A DNA stretch of 64,000 nucleotides from an uncultured Myxococcales bacterium (GCA_903883645.1 CAISBR010000081.1:2833-66832), one strand, 5' to 3'. Counted from the stretch's first letter, positions 38,001-46,527 are shown. Notes: generated from the sequence alone by a model not told the origin. A program made the numbers and translations.

Positions 38001-39572
38001 GTCAATAAAGTCAACAAACATGCCAACTTGCGGACCCATGCCAAACCGCAGCCCACCGCGCCACAGCACCCGCGGCAGCTTTTGCGCAATCATCTTCAGC
38101 GGCGCATCGCGGACGAGGTCCAGGTCGGCGTCGAGCGCCACATCCAGGTCGAGCGGCTGGCCGTCGGGCAAGTGCGTCCGGGTATATGTGCCTAAAGTGC
38201 CTGTAATATAACCACTAGCTAGCAGCGGGGTAATGCCACCCAGCTTGATCGCCTCGTCGAGCAGGGGCGCATCGCCGCGCACATGGTCGATCGCGAAAAT
38301 ACCCCGCGTAATGTGCTCGGGGCGCTCGAGGTCCATGCGATAGTCGACCCGCTCAGAGCGGATGTGTCCACCATAGGCCGCTATGCCGATATTGCGCGTA
38401 ATTACACGAACTAGCGAGTCACCAGGCGGTCCCGTCTCGACTCGCACCTCGCCGCGCACCGCCTCGGCATGGAAGCCCGACATGAGCCCGCGCCCCAGAA
38501 TGTGGCATTCGGTCCAAAAGCCGACGTTCGGGTCGAAATGGAACTGCCCAGTCGCCTGCGCCTCGGCGTCGAACAAACGCCCCAACATATCACGAATAAA
38601 CGAGGACTTACTCGATGTCGTCAGCAGCAACCGATCGCCATGCACCATGATCTCGGGCTGTAGCTGCACCACGACCCGCGCCCTCGACAGGGAGGTAATC
38701 GGTTCTTGCAGCGGCTGTTCCAGCGTCGCCGGCGGCATCTGACAGCTCACGCCCGTCACCACCATCTCGCGCAAATCGCCAACGGCCGACTCGGCTTGCA
38801 GCGATCCGGGCGGAATCGCCGGCAGCCGCCGCATCGAGTCAATCGTGGTCTGCGCGTAGGCGGCAACGATGTGGCGCGCGTCGAACTGCACATCCACCGG
38901 CTCGGGCCGCCCCGGCTCAATCGTGACCGCGGCCCCCGGACTGTCGAAGTAAATGCCGCGACTGTCGATGCTCATAGACGGCAAGTCCATGATATAGCGA
39001 CCATCTGTAACCACAGTCTTGCCCAGCCGCACATATACCGGCAGCGGCTTGGGGTTCGGCTTGGGCGGCTCATTCGGATCGACAAAAATGCTGTTGAGTC
39101 GAAGCCTTCCAAGCTGATCTGTGTCGAGTTGCAGCAGTGGCTTGTCGAGCACCACCCGCGGCAGGGTCAGACGCAGCGCCCCGGCCCGCAGACCATCGAT
39201 TAGGCGCGCCGGAGCCATGTCCACTTCGGCCCGCTCCGCGGCAATCAGCACCGCGCCACCCGGCTCGCGCATTTCGAGCCCTCGGGTCTGCAGCCGCACC
39301 CGCAGCTCACCATCGGCAAGCACAGGACCAACGTGCAAAAACTGCACACGCAGAGAACCAGGCAGGATTTCGCTTACGACCCGGCTAGCCACCGCCGCCA
39401 TCGACGGCGAATTGACGGTCAGATAGGCGCCGAGCAGCAGCCAGACCAGGCCCACCAGCGCTTGAATGGTCGCCAAGTACGCCAACTGCCCGACACGACG
39501 CAAGCGGCGCCGAATCAAGGACTTGCTGACTGTACGGGCGATCTTATCGGCCAAGCAAACTCCACCGGACAC
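35073..39572 (-). CDS. TamB-like (DUF490/AsmA-family) translocation-and-assembly-module protein
   Basis: 1499 aa. It has an N-terminal membrane anchor (LAYLATIQALVGLVWLLLGAYL) and an extended beta-rich body. It is adjacent to and co-oriented with the Omp85-family gene. Confidence 0.75.
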   Translation of the reverse strand: MSGGVCLADKIARTVSKSLIRRRLRRVGQLAYLATIQALVGLVWLLLGAYLTVNSPSMAAVASRVVSEILPGSLRVQFLHVGPVLADGELRVRLQTRGLEMREPGGAVLIAAERAEVDMAPARLIDGLRAGALRLTLPRVVLDKPLLQLDTDQLGRLRLNSIFVDPNEPPKPNPKPLPVYVRLGKTVVTDGRYIMDLPSMSIDSRGIYFDSPGAAVTIEPGRPEPVDVQFDARHIVAAYAQTTIDSMRRLPAIPPGSLQAESAVGDLREMVVTGVSCQMPPATLEQPLQEPITSLSRARVVVQLQPEIMVHGDRLLLTTSSKSSFIRDMLGRLFDAEAQATGQFHFDPNVGFWTECHILGRGLMSGFHAEAVRGEVRVETGPPGDSLVRVITRNIGIAAYGGHIRSERVDYRMDLERPEHITRGIFAIDHVRGDAPLLDEAIKLGGITPLLASGYITGTLGTYTRTHLPDGQPLDLDVALDADLDLVRDAPLKMIAQKLPRVLWRGGLRFGMGPQVGMFVDFIDSELRTEDAEQSGAQTAALHCDGRLDLSGDTTNLRADLAIPQLEDWLAPLGIADVAGAVRLEGGRIEGALLRPGVLGRVSVDDLAAYGYKVRHGTAMLGIRGGEVALTGLRASTDIGDVSGDLRMGLFGASLGELAAERPLRIDHLTVRQVDLGKLLARWRVAGITGQGDLSGGQLSADLGHFMPSLRFSGDVALQGVHAYGEWFDRGGGHVEQHGLVTVLPNARLRLRGSPVDGSADIQTVGRFDLATKRLDIDVALPETRFKQFSWLENLPMPGTVAATIKLSGDGKDLSLAAGVDIKGLGWDAIELGSAHLDLEKAPLGPLLLKSDHFFESFKLLSGSEVNFKGWLPTTSTLRIGTENPLDPFERLGLPRPQGIAVRVEGEVAVEMALQNSKFDWRVETIVPAAGLWLDPGGGARPIRNTKAAVIGISADKITLGGTYFELNRSGIEVCGEWRYPHDDEPAALLGFVAGTFDIQRFGALSQSLSDLDLRLNVLRDPVVAADPRANCLEAAAAGGGMLRVDGPLDRLHVQALLETETGRVALRRFGHDITIQDGARLQIATSPRGVMTVAIPLDHELKGQVDDGHFTVSGRASLVDLQLDSVYARLWAGDIPYAVPKEYQMLISPDLVLSGNRLRDLANRDLRLAGDVHIGEGSYYRSFDQISSVLGNAGDRKVETYSKPITETMPWLAELGLDLKVHGKNFEVASRVPGGKADLVTEFDMRVSGNLSNLQVHDRLRVVEGSGSQISASLNNLIFEVVSGTLDFNGDATKPYLEAMARTDIPVRAGTRTGTMASTLGTDLTTDANQLDEIVQVFVQVKGVFGDRRNFTFHLTSNKGDTEADCMCLIAARRRCNDQGTGGTRLTTDFFFGEALNTVVTGLLKSVVDTVQIDFDPVNLGVSADVTKKLGKSIALGTRVQTGKENRYNANFSFRITDRLSLNGLWRRQKLLDSSSSQETSVDVYESKLRYKVPLSDE

Positions 39573-39792
39573 GCCGCGACACCTTGGACGCGCGGGCCTC
39601 CGCCTGCAGTCTAGCCTTTTGGCGGAAACGGGCCAACTTTACGGCGAAAAATGCGAATTGGGGCGTCTTTTGGACCACCACCGCAGGGCAACGGCGAGCA
39701 CTCGGCAAGCGACCGCGACAACCGCCCAAAACTCCACGTCTTGCTCCAGGTAGACCACGCCCTGCTCAGCGTCGAAGTAGCGACCTTCGCTG

Positions 39793-40854
39793 TTGTACGG
39801 CAGGCGAGCGGCAGTGAAGCCCAGCCAGGCGGCCACCACGGTCACCCCAGCTGCAAGCCAAAATACCGACTGGCGACTGCCGACGATCAAGGAACTGTAC
39901 TCGTTGATGCGCTTTGACGGCACCGATCCGCCTGTCGACTGCGGCGATACGTCGAAGCTCGTTGCGTTTATCGACACGAACTTCTTCACCTTTGCCTATG
40001 GACCGGGCACCAGCGCGACCCACATCAACGACCGGCTCATCGACGCGCAATACGCCTCGGCGACGGAGTGCGTCAGCGACCGCGCCCTGATGAAGCGAGC
40101 GTTCGGGCTGAATCTAGCCGATGGACGGATCAAGTCGTACCCGCAGGAGACCGTTGTTTTGCCGCAGGAAAGCTGGGACATGACGTTTTTTGTCAAGTAC
40201 GTCCGCAGCGGCAACGGCAGCTACGGCAAAAACAGCTTTGTCGACAACAAAGACGGGACGATTGCCGACACAGCGACAGGCCTGCTGTGGGCCAAGGACG
40301 ACAGCGGTAAGGGCCTCAACTGGCAAGAAGCGCTGGCGTGGGTGCAGGCGAAAAACGCTGAAAACTACAAGGGACACGCGGACTGGCGATTGCCGAATGC
40401 CAAGGAACTGCAGAGCATTGTCGACTACACGCGCTCGCCGTCTACGACCAACTCGCCGGCGATCGATGCGCTGTTCAACACGTCGACCGTAAAGGATGAG
40501 GCGGGCGACTCGGACTATCCGTTCTTCTGGGCCGGCACGACGCACCAGTCGATGGACGCGTCGAAGGCGATCAGCGGAGGGAGCGCGGTCTACATCGCTT
40601 TTGGCAAGGCTCTCGGGTACTTCAGCATCGATTCGCTCAACGGCGACACGGGCGGCAGCCAAGGACCCGTCGCCTGCACCACCCAGAGCGACTGCTCGGC
40701 CGCCAACGCCTGCCCACCCGATGCCACCAAGGGCTGCGGCTGCACCGCGGGCCCGAGCGGCAAGGCGTGCATCCCCAAGTGCGGCGTCGCGAGCGATTGC
40801 CCCAAAGGGCCCGGAATCACGTTCAAGTGCACCTCGGGGTATTGCACTCCGTGA
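39793..40854 (+). CDS. DUF1566 (Lcl C-terminal domain) protein with a C-terminal Cys-rich segment. It starts at TTG and has no detectable signal peptide.
   Basis: Two DWRLPxxKEL motifs (DWRLPTIKEL, DWRLPNAKEL). There is an in-frame stop at 39778, so the ORF cannot extend upstream. Confidence 0.65.
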   Translation: MYGRRAAVKPSQAATTVTPAASQNTDWRLPTIKELYSLMRFDGTDPPVDCGDTSKLVAFIDTNFFTFAYGPGTSATHINDRLIDAQYASATECVSDRALMKRAFGLNLADGRIKSYPQETVVLPQESWDMTFFVKYVRSGNGSYGKNSFVDNKDGTIADTATGLLWAKDDSGKGLNWQEALAWVQAKNAENYKGHADWRLPNAKELQSIVDYTRSPSTTNSPAIDALFNTSTVKDEAGDSDYPFFWAGTTHQSMDASKAISGGSAVYIAFGKALGYFSIDSLNGDTGGSQGPVACTTQSDCSAANACPPDATKGCGCTAGPSGKACIPKCGVASDCPKGPGITFKCTSGYCTP

Positions 40855-40924
40855 TGACGAGCGAGCGAGTGGCACTGCGGCCGTCGACCGGCGATGATGC
40901 GCCGCGGCAGAGGGGAAGGCTGGG

Positions 40925-41470
40925 TTGAACGAAGTCGAGCTCACAGCGCGGGTGCTGGCGGCACGGAGCGGGGATCGGGCCGCGCAAGAGGCGCTGGTCC
41001 AGGCCTTTTTGCGGCCGGCGTACGCTGTCGCGCTGGGCGTGCTGCGCAATGTGGCCGATGCCGAAGATACCGCGCAAGAGTCGCTGCTCAGGGCACTGCG
41101 AACCCTAGACCAGTGCCGCGAGCCGGCGCACTTTGCGGCGTGGCTGCTCAAGTCGGTGCGCCATCGCGCCCTGAGCGTCGTGCAGCAGCGTGGGAATCGG
41201 ACTCGCCTTTTGGGTACGCTGCCGCCAGGTCCCGATGTCGCGCCCGCCCCGCTGGCCGCGCGGCAACGGCTCATTGCGGCGCTCGAAGTGTTGAACCCGG
41301 CGCAGCGCGAGGTGGTCTTGCTGCACGATCTGCAAGATTGGACGCACGCAGAGATCGCCGCTGCGCTCGAGATCTCGGAGACAATGTCGCGCCAGCACCT
41401 GTTTGTGGCGCGGCGGGCGATGCGCAAACATCTGGATGACGGAACAGGCAAGGAGGTTGTGGATGGATGA
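40925..41470 (+). CDS. ECF (group IV) RNA polymerase sigma-70 factor
   Basis: Sigma-70 region 2 (AQEALVQAFLRPAYAVA...DAEDTAQESLL) and region 4 (EVLNPAQREVVLLHDLQDWTHAEIAAALEISETM). TTG start. Confidence 0.85.
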   Translation: MNEVELTARVLAARSGDRAAQEALVQAFLRPAYAVALGVLRNVADAEDTAQESLLRALRTLDQCREPAHFAAWLLKSVRHRALSVVQQRGNRTRLLGTLPPGPDVAPAPLAARQRLIAALEVLNPAQREVVLLHDLQDWTHAEIAAALEISETMSRQHLFVARRAMRKHLDDGTGKEVVDG

Positions 41471-41789
41471 CGACCGCATCGACTTTACGGCGCTCGATCC
41501 GTGGCGAGAGGCCCAACAGGTTCAGGCGCTTAGCAAAAGCATTGTCGAGGAGCACCGAGCTGCGACGGAGCGCATGCCGCTTTACGCGCTGCTGGTGTCG
41601 CTGGCCCCGCGCGGTGTGCTCACGGCCGCGCTGGCAACCGCGCTGATCTGGTTGCTGCCGAGCTTAATGCCGCACGAGCCGCCTGCAACCGCGCCGACCA
41701 CCGCCACCTTGGCGCACTGGATGGAGCGCGGCCAGGTGCCAAGTGGGGTAGAGCTGCTCAAGCTTGCCGAGGTTTTGCATGAAAAGTGA
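41463..41789 (+). CDS. Putative anti-sigma factor (single transmembrane segment)
   Basis: ATGGATGA overlap with the sigma gene stop codon. One hydrophobic helix (LYALLVSLAPRGVLTAALATALIWLL). The call rests on position. Confidence 0.45.
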   Translation: MDDDRIDFTALDPWREAQQVQALSKSIVEEHRAATERMPLYALLVSLAPRGVLTAALATALIWLLPSLMPHEPPATAPTTATLAHWMERGQVPSGVELLKLAEVLHEK

Positions 41790-42168
41790 GCGCCAACCGA
41801 GTTCGCGGCTTTGGCTCGCCGTGCTGACCCTGGTCGCCGTCTTTGCGCTGGGTGTGGTCGCTGGCCTGGGCTTGGCGTACACGTTTCGGCCGCCACCGCC
41901 GCCGGACTACTTGGCGCGCGAGCCCGATGGCGTGCTGCCGCCGTTCGACCGGCTTGGTCTGAGTGCCGCGCAAAAAGCCCAGGCCCGCACGATCGTGCAG
42001 CGGCACGCGGCGGCGATGGAGGATGCGCTGCACGTGGCGTTTCCCAAGATGCGCGCGGTGCGGCTGCAGCTCGACGCCGACATGCGCACCATCCTGACCC
42101 CAGAGCAGAACAAGCAGCTCGACGCCTTTTTGGCGACGAATCCACCGATGCCCGGCGAGCCGCGGTAG
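41779..42168 (+). CDS. Periplasmic LTXXQ-motif (Spy/CpxP/ZraP-like) metal-stress protein
   Basis: Signal peptide, then LSAAQKAQARTIV and LTPEQNKQLDAFL motifs. The ATG overlaps the upstream gene's stop codon. Confidence 0.6.
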   Translation: MKSERQPSSRLWLAVLTLVAVFALGVVAGLGLAYTFRPPPPPDYLAREPDGVLPPFDRLGLSAAQKAQARTIVQRHAAAMEDALHVAFPKMRAVRLQLDADMRTILTPEQNKQLDAFLATNPPMPGEPR

Positions 42169-42262
42169 TTCAAATTTCTCCGCGCACCGCCTAACGCTAG
42201 CACCCTTTGAGCGGTCTACTAGCGGGGTGCAGTTCCGCACTCTCGTCACCAAGGACACATCT

Positions 42263-43822
42263 ATGCCCATGCCCACTTCTCGTCGCCGTCGCTTGCTTTT
42301 GTGGCTGAGCGGCACGGTTTTCGCCGTCACCGCCTGCGGCAGCGATCCTGCGCCCACCAGCAGCGCCAAAGCCGACACGACCGACGGCATGGGCGGCATG
42401 GACATGAGCTATGTCGACTCGACCACCGGCGACATTCCCCCGTTCGACGGCACGACGATTACGCCCAAACTGCCTGGAACGCTGTGGATTCCGCCCGCGC
42501 TGGCTGCCAAGTCGTTCAATCTGAACCTAGCCAAGACCACCAAGCAGCTGCGTACCGGCGCGGCGACGGCCACGTACGGCTACAACGGCGCGGACTTTTG
42601 GGGGCCGACGCTCATCATGAAGAAGGGCGACCACGTCAAGCTGAACGTAACCAATAACCTAGCTGCCGACACGACGACGCACTGGCACGGGCTCCACCTG
42701 CCCGCAGCGATGGACGGCGGGCCGCACCAAGTTATCGCGCCGGGAGCGACCTGGTCGCCCGAGTTCGACGTCATGAACCACGCAGCGCTGTTCTGGTATC
42801 ACCCGCACATGCACGAGCACACCAAGGAGCAGCTGGCTTACGGTGCGGGCGGTTTCATCCTGATTCAAGACGACGAAGAGGCCAAGCTGGCGCTGCCGCG
42901 GAGCTACGGCGTCGATGACATTCCGATTGTCTTTAGCAGCCGCCGCTTTACCACCGACAACCAGTTTGATCTCACGGGCGAATACGGCGACTACCTGATG
43001 GCCAACGGCATCATCGACGCGACTACGACGTTGCCGGCGCAGGTGGTGCGGCTGCGGCTGCTCAACGCCGAGACCGAGCGCAGCTACATGGTGGGCTTTG
43101 CCGATGGGCGCACGTTCCAGCTCATCGGCACCGACGGTGGCCTGCTCGATGCACCTGTGCCGCTGCAAAAGCTGATGCTGTCTGCGGGTGAGCGCGTCGA
43201 GATTCTGCTCGATCTGTCGAAGGATGCGCCCGGGGCGACGCTGGCGATGCAGGCCTTTAACGGCGGATTCTCGCTCGGCTTTCCGGGCGGTGAGCCGGCG
43301 AGCAGCGGCCAATTCGGCAGCCTGCTAAACAACAAGACGTTCGACATGCTCAAGATCACTGTGGGCGCCGCAACGACCGGCGCGGTCACAACAATCCCCG
43401 CTGCGCTCGTCAAGAACACCTACTGGACCGCCGCCGACGCAACCAACAGCCGCACGCTCAAGGTCACCGACAAGGGCCCCGGCACGCCGTTCACCTTTGA
43501 CAACGCGAGCTACAACATGGACACCATCAACCAGACCGTGGCGCTGAACGCCATCGAGAAGTGGACCATCACCAACGACCAAGTCTTTGGCCACGTGTTC
43601 CACATCCACGACGTACAGTTTAAGATCGTGTCGCGGAGCTCGGGGAAGGTCGACGCGTGGGAACAGGGCTGGAAAGACACGGTATTTTTGCCGATCAACG
43701 AATCCGTAAGCTTTGTCGCCAAGTTTGACGACTTTGCCAGCGCGACCGACCCGTACATGTACCACTGCCACATGGCCAACCACGAGGACGGCGGGTTGAT
43801 GGGGCAGTTCTTAGTAAAATAG
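42263..43822 (+). CDS. Multicopper oxidase (CueO-like), Tat signal plus lipobox
   Basis: SRRRRLLLWLSGTVFAVTAC|GS. Copper-binding motifs HWHG, HPHMH and HCHMANHED, and a Met/Gly-rich segment. Confidence 0.85.
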   Translation: MPMPTSRRRRLLLWLSGTVFAVTACGSDPAPTSSAKADTTDGMGGMDMSYVDSTTGDIPPFDGTTITPKLPGTLWIPPALAAKSFNLNLAKTTKQLRTGAATATYGYNGADFWGPTLIMKKGDHVKLNVTNNLAADTTTHWHGLHLPAAMDGGPHQVIAPGATWSPEFDVMNHAALFWYHPHMHEHTKEQLAYGAGGFILIQDDEEAKLALPRSYGVDDIPIVFSSRRFTTDNQFDLTGEYGDYLMANGIIDATTTLPAQVVRLRLLNAETERSYMVGFADGRTFQLIGTDGGLLDAPVPLQKLMLSAGERVEILLDLSKDAPGATLAMQAFNGGFSLGFPGGEPASSGQFGSLLNNKTFDMLKITVGAATTGAVTTIPAALVKNTYWTAADATNSRTLKVTDKGPGTPFTFDNASYNMDTINQTVALNAIEKWTITNDQVFGHVFHIHDVQFKIVSRSSGKVDAWEQGWKDTVFLPINESVSFVAKFDDFASATDPYMYHCHMANHEDGGLMGQFLVK

Positions 43823-43845
43823 CGACAAATTCAAGGGGTTTGTAG

Positions 43846-44553
43846 ATGCATCGTTTTGCTCCTGCGCTTTTGGCGCTCCTTGTTGCATGTAGCGATTCAA
43901 GCGCCGCCAACACGGCCGACAGCAGCGGTGGCGACAGCTCCGCAGCGGGCAAGCGCAATTCCCGCTACTGCGAAATCCTGTTCGGCAGCATTGGCGCAGG
44001 CGCGGTGCACATCGATGTGTACTCGACCGAAGGCCTGAACAGCTGCCCCGACGCCGCGTGGAAAGCCCTGGATACTTCAGCGCTAAAGGCCGCGGCGGGT
44101 GCGGATATCGTGGTGCTGAACGGTCCGCGGTACTGGATGCTCGATTCGCTGGCCGGGTCGGTGCTGCAAGACACCGCGGTCAAGTCCTTTGGCGGCATCG
44201 GCATGCGCATCGCGGGCAAGATCGAAGTGCCGCTGGCCGACCTGTCGAAGATGCAGCAGCCGTATGCGCTGCACATGATTCACCGGCAGAGCGCGTTCCA
44301 CTGGCTGGCCGGGCAGCCGGCGTACGAGCTGCACGACGCGAGTGGCCACGCGTATGTGATGCAGTCGTATAGCGCGCAGAAAATGGCGTTAACTATCGAG
44401 GATTTGGCCGGTCTAGCGACGAAGCTGACGGCGCTGCCGACCGGCTGGAGCTATGCGCCGCGGACCCTGGATAAGGGCCTAGATCTGCTGGCGACTGCCG
44501 GCGACGCCACGGTCGTGCAAGATGAGCTGGGCAATACGTATTCGATGGAGTGA
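43846..44553 (+). CDS. Lipoprotein, hypothetical (probable member of the copper-stress module)
   Basis: Lipobox LLVAC|SD. 235 aa. It immediately follows the MCO gene. Confidence 0.5.
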   Translation: MHRFAPALLALLVACSDSSAANTADSSGGDSSAAGKRNSRYCEILFGSIGAGAVHIDVYSTEGLNSCPDAAWKALDTSALKAAAGADIVVLNGPRYWMLDSLAGSVLQDTAVKSFGGIGMRIAGKIEVPLADLSKMQQPYALHMIHRQSAFHWLAGQPAYELHDASGHAYVMQSYSAQKMALTIEDLAGLATKLTALPTGWSYAPRTLDKGLDLLATAGDATVVQDELGNTYSME

Positions 44554-44583
44554 CGGGGGGCGATGTCTTGTCCCCGTTCCGAT

Positions 44584-44889
44584 CTAGGCCGCCGCCGGCT
44601 TCAGCACATGCACTTCGCCCAGAATCCGCGCCTCCGCCTCATCACGCTGCCGTTCCAGGTCGTACCGCGACTGCAGGTTCATCCACAGCTCCGCCGACGT
44701 GCCGAAGAACCGCGCCAACCGCAACGCCGTGTCCGCACTGATGCCACGAATGCCGTGCACGATCTCGTTGACCCGCCGCGGCGGCACGGCGATGTCCTTG
44801 GCCAAACGGTACTGCGACACACCGAGCGGCAGCAGGAAGTCTTCGAGCAGCACTTCGCCCGGGTGAATCGGCGCCAGTTTGTCGTTCAT
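44584..44889 (-). CDS. higA: HigA-family antitoxin (XRE helix-turn-helix), copy 1
   Basis: HPGEVLLEDFL...G.SQ..LA..I.V...R.NEIV.G.R.I.A..A.RLARFFGTS...W.NLQ is the HigA/VapI signature. It lies downstream of a RelE/HigB-like gene. Confidence 0.8.
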   Translation of the reverse strand: MNDKLAPIHPGEVLLEDFLLPLGVSQYRLAKDIAVPPRRVNEIVHGIRGISADTALRLARFFGTSAELWMNLQSRYDLERQRDEAEARILGEVHVLKPAAA

Positions 44890-44900
44890 GGTTGACTCCT

Positions 44901-45188
44901 TCAGTGATAGTCCACGATTTCAACCGATTCAGCGCCGCCGGCCGTCCACAGGAAGCACACGCGCCACTGGTCGTTGATACGGATGCTGTGCTTCCCCACA
45001 CGGTCGCCGCTCAAGGCTTCCAGCCGATTGCCGGGCGGCACACGGAGATCGTCCAGCGCAATCGCCGCGTCCAGGTGCACCAACTTGCGCAGCGCCGTCC
45101 GCTGGATGTCGGGCGGCAGTTTACGCACCCGCTCGCGGCGGAAGAGCTTCTCGGTTTCGATGTCGGCGAAGGACCGGATCATGGCCAC
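44901..45188 (-). CDS. higB: HigB-family toxin (RelE/ParE superfamily), copy 1
   Basis: ...PPGNRLEALSGDRVGKHSIRINDQWRVCF.W..GGAESVEIVDYH is the HigB killer-protein signature. Confidence 0.8.
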   Translation of the reverse strand: MAMIRSFADIETEKLFRRERVRKLPPDIQRTALRKLVHLDAAIALDDLRVPPGNRLEALSGDRVGKHSIRINDQWRVCFLWTAGGAESVEIVDYH

Positions 45189-45309
45189 ATAATAACGGGG
45201 CCCGGTAGTAACGGCAAGCGTTCATACCATCCCAGCCACCAGCGCTGCGGGCAGAACGTCCCAGACCTGTGTACAAGCGCGGCCAGTGGCCCACAGCATT
45301 CGCTGAAAG

Positions 45310-45432
45310 ATCGTCGGCCAGAACGTCGCGCAATGTTTCGATTTCACACATTAAACCGGTGTTTGGCTAGCTCGTGGTTTCAATGGGTTGTGGCGGTTTT
45401 CCCCGTTTTGTCCCCGTTGAGATCTACGCCGC
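45310..45432. repeat. Cassette junction element A (~95 bp). The left part (AACGGGGACAAAACGGGGAAAACCGCC, minus-strand orientation) abuts the higA copy-2 stop codon. The right part ends in CCGGTTTAATGTGTGA, a copy of the ychF 3' terminus.
   Basis: Direct sequence comparison with element B (46200-46290; about 85% identity) and with the ychF 3' end (47180-47195; 16/16 identity). Confidence 0.7.
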
Positions 45433-45711
45433 ATCCCGCAGAAGCTTGACCGCTTTGCCAGGCCGCGTCCGGCCCAAATCATGCGCGGCCTGCAGGTTCA
45501 TCCAGAACTCTGGCGTCGTGCCCAAAGCCTGCGACAACAGCCACGCCGTCTCGGGCGTAACGCCCCGCTTGCCCTTGACCAACTCGTTCACCCGCTGCAC
45601 CGGCACGCCCAGGTGGGCGGCAAACGCGACCTGGGTCACGCCGAGCGGGGCCAAGAACTCTTCAAGCAGGATTTCGCCCGGATGCGTCGGCGTACGGTTC
45701 TGCGGCAACAT
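45424..45711 (-). CDS. higA: HigA-family antitoxin, copy 2
   Basis: Paralog of 44584..44889 (THPGEILLEEFL...RVNELVKGKRGVTPETAWLLSQALGTTPEFWMNLQ). Confidence 0.8.
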   Translation of the reverse strand: MLPQNRTPTHPGEILLEEFLAPLGVTQVAFAAHLGVPVQRVNELVKGKRGVTPETAWLLSQALGTTPEFWMNLQAAHDLGRTRPGKAVKLLRDAA

Positions 45712-45720
45712 CTTGACCTC

Positions 45721-46011
45721 CTAATGGTAGTCCACCAGCTTCACATCATCGGCTTGACCGTCGACCCAGCGCAAGATGATCCGCCACTGGTCGTTCACAC
45801 GAATGCTCAACCAGCCTTCCAGGTCGCCATGCAAGGCTTCCAAGCGGTTGCCGGGTGGCGAACGCAGATCCTGAACGGCTGCTGCCGCCACGATCATGTC
45901 CAACTTGCGGGCGGTCGCCTTGACGAGTGCCGCATCGAGCCGCCTGACCTCGCGGGTCGCGTGGCCGTGGAACACGTCCTCAGTGCGTTGGTCGCCAAAG
46001 CTGCGGGTCAC
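45721..46011 (-). CDS. higB: HigB-family toxin, copy 2
   Basis: Paralog of 44901..45188 (...SPPGNRLEALHGDLEGWLSIRVNDQWRIILRWVDGQADDVKLVDYH). Confidence 0.8.
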   Translation of the reverse strand: MTRSFGDQRTEDVFHGHATREVRRLDAALVKATARKLDMIVAAAAVQDLRSPPGNRLEALHGDLEGWLSIRVNDQWRIILRWVDGQADDVKLVDYH

Positions 46012-46199
46012 GCCGGTCTCGTCGCCGCCAAAATGCGGCTTGGCTTCAAGATAGCGGATACACGGATACCGTGCAAGCGTGATAACGTGTTGACCCAGTG
46101 AAGCCGATCAACCGGCCCGAATTCGATCCCCGCTGCGGGACACGCCAGGCAGTGCGGGGAGGTGATTTGGCAAGGCGCATGTGTTGTAAGTATCTGAAA

Positions 46200-46290
46200 T
46201 TACGCGATTCACTACACATTAAACCGATGTTTCGCGGCGTAGTGATTTCATGGGGTTGCGGGCGGTTTCCCCGTTTTGTCCCCGGTGCGG
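46200..46290. repeat. Cassette junction element B (~95 bp), homologous to element A. It starts right after the hicA stop codon (CCGGGGACAAAACGGGGAAACCGCC...) and ends in ATCGGTTTAATGTGTAG.
   Basis: Direct sequence comparison. Confidence 0.7.
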
Positions 46291-46512
46291 TCAAAGATGC
46301 TTCCGGAGTTCCTTCTCGTCGAGGCCGAACAGCAGACACGCCTTGCGGATGTAAATCTCAGCAATTTCAGTCTTGTCGCCGTGGCTCGCGGGAATCGGGT
46401 AGGTCTTGCCGTCCTTGGCCAGTTTCCAATGCGAACCACCGCCGGTTGGCGGCGTGGCTTCGACGCCAAACTGCTCAAACGCTCGTTTGACGTTGCGAAA
46501 ACGCGGAGGCAT
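46291..46512 (-). CDS. hicA: HicA-family toxin (YcfA-like mRNA interferase)
   Basis: GGSHWKLAKDGKTYPIPASHGDKTEIAEIYIRKACLLFGL matches the HicA pattern GSH...G...T.P.H...el..gt...I.kqaGl. It lies downstream of a HicB-like gene. Confidence 0.65.
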   Translation of the reverse strand: MPPRFRNVKRAFEQFGVEATPPTGGGSHWKLAKDGKTYPIPASHGDKTEIAEIYIRKACLLFGLDEKELRKHL

Positions 46513-46527
46513 GGGTGCTGGCCTCGG

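Noticed and set aside
39639-39989. 116-aa minus-strand ORF with hydrophobic stretches overlapping the start of the DUF1566 gene
   Set aside because: It overlaps a region where the plus strand encodes the conserved DWRLPTIKEL motif. It has no recognisable family and is probably a shadow frame. It is mentioned only because the DUF1566 gene lacks a leader peptide.
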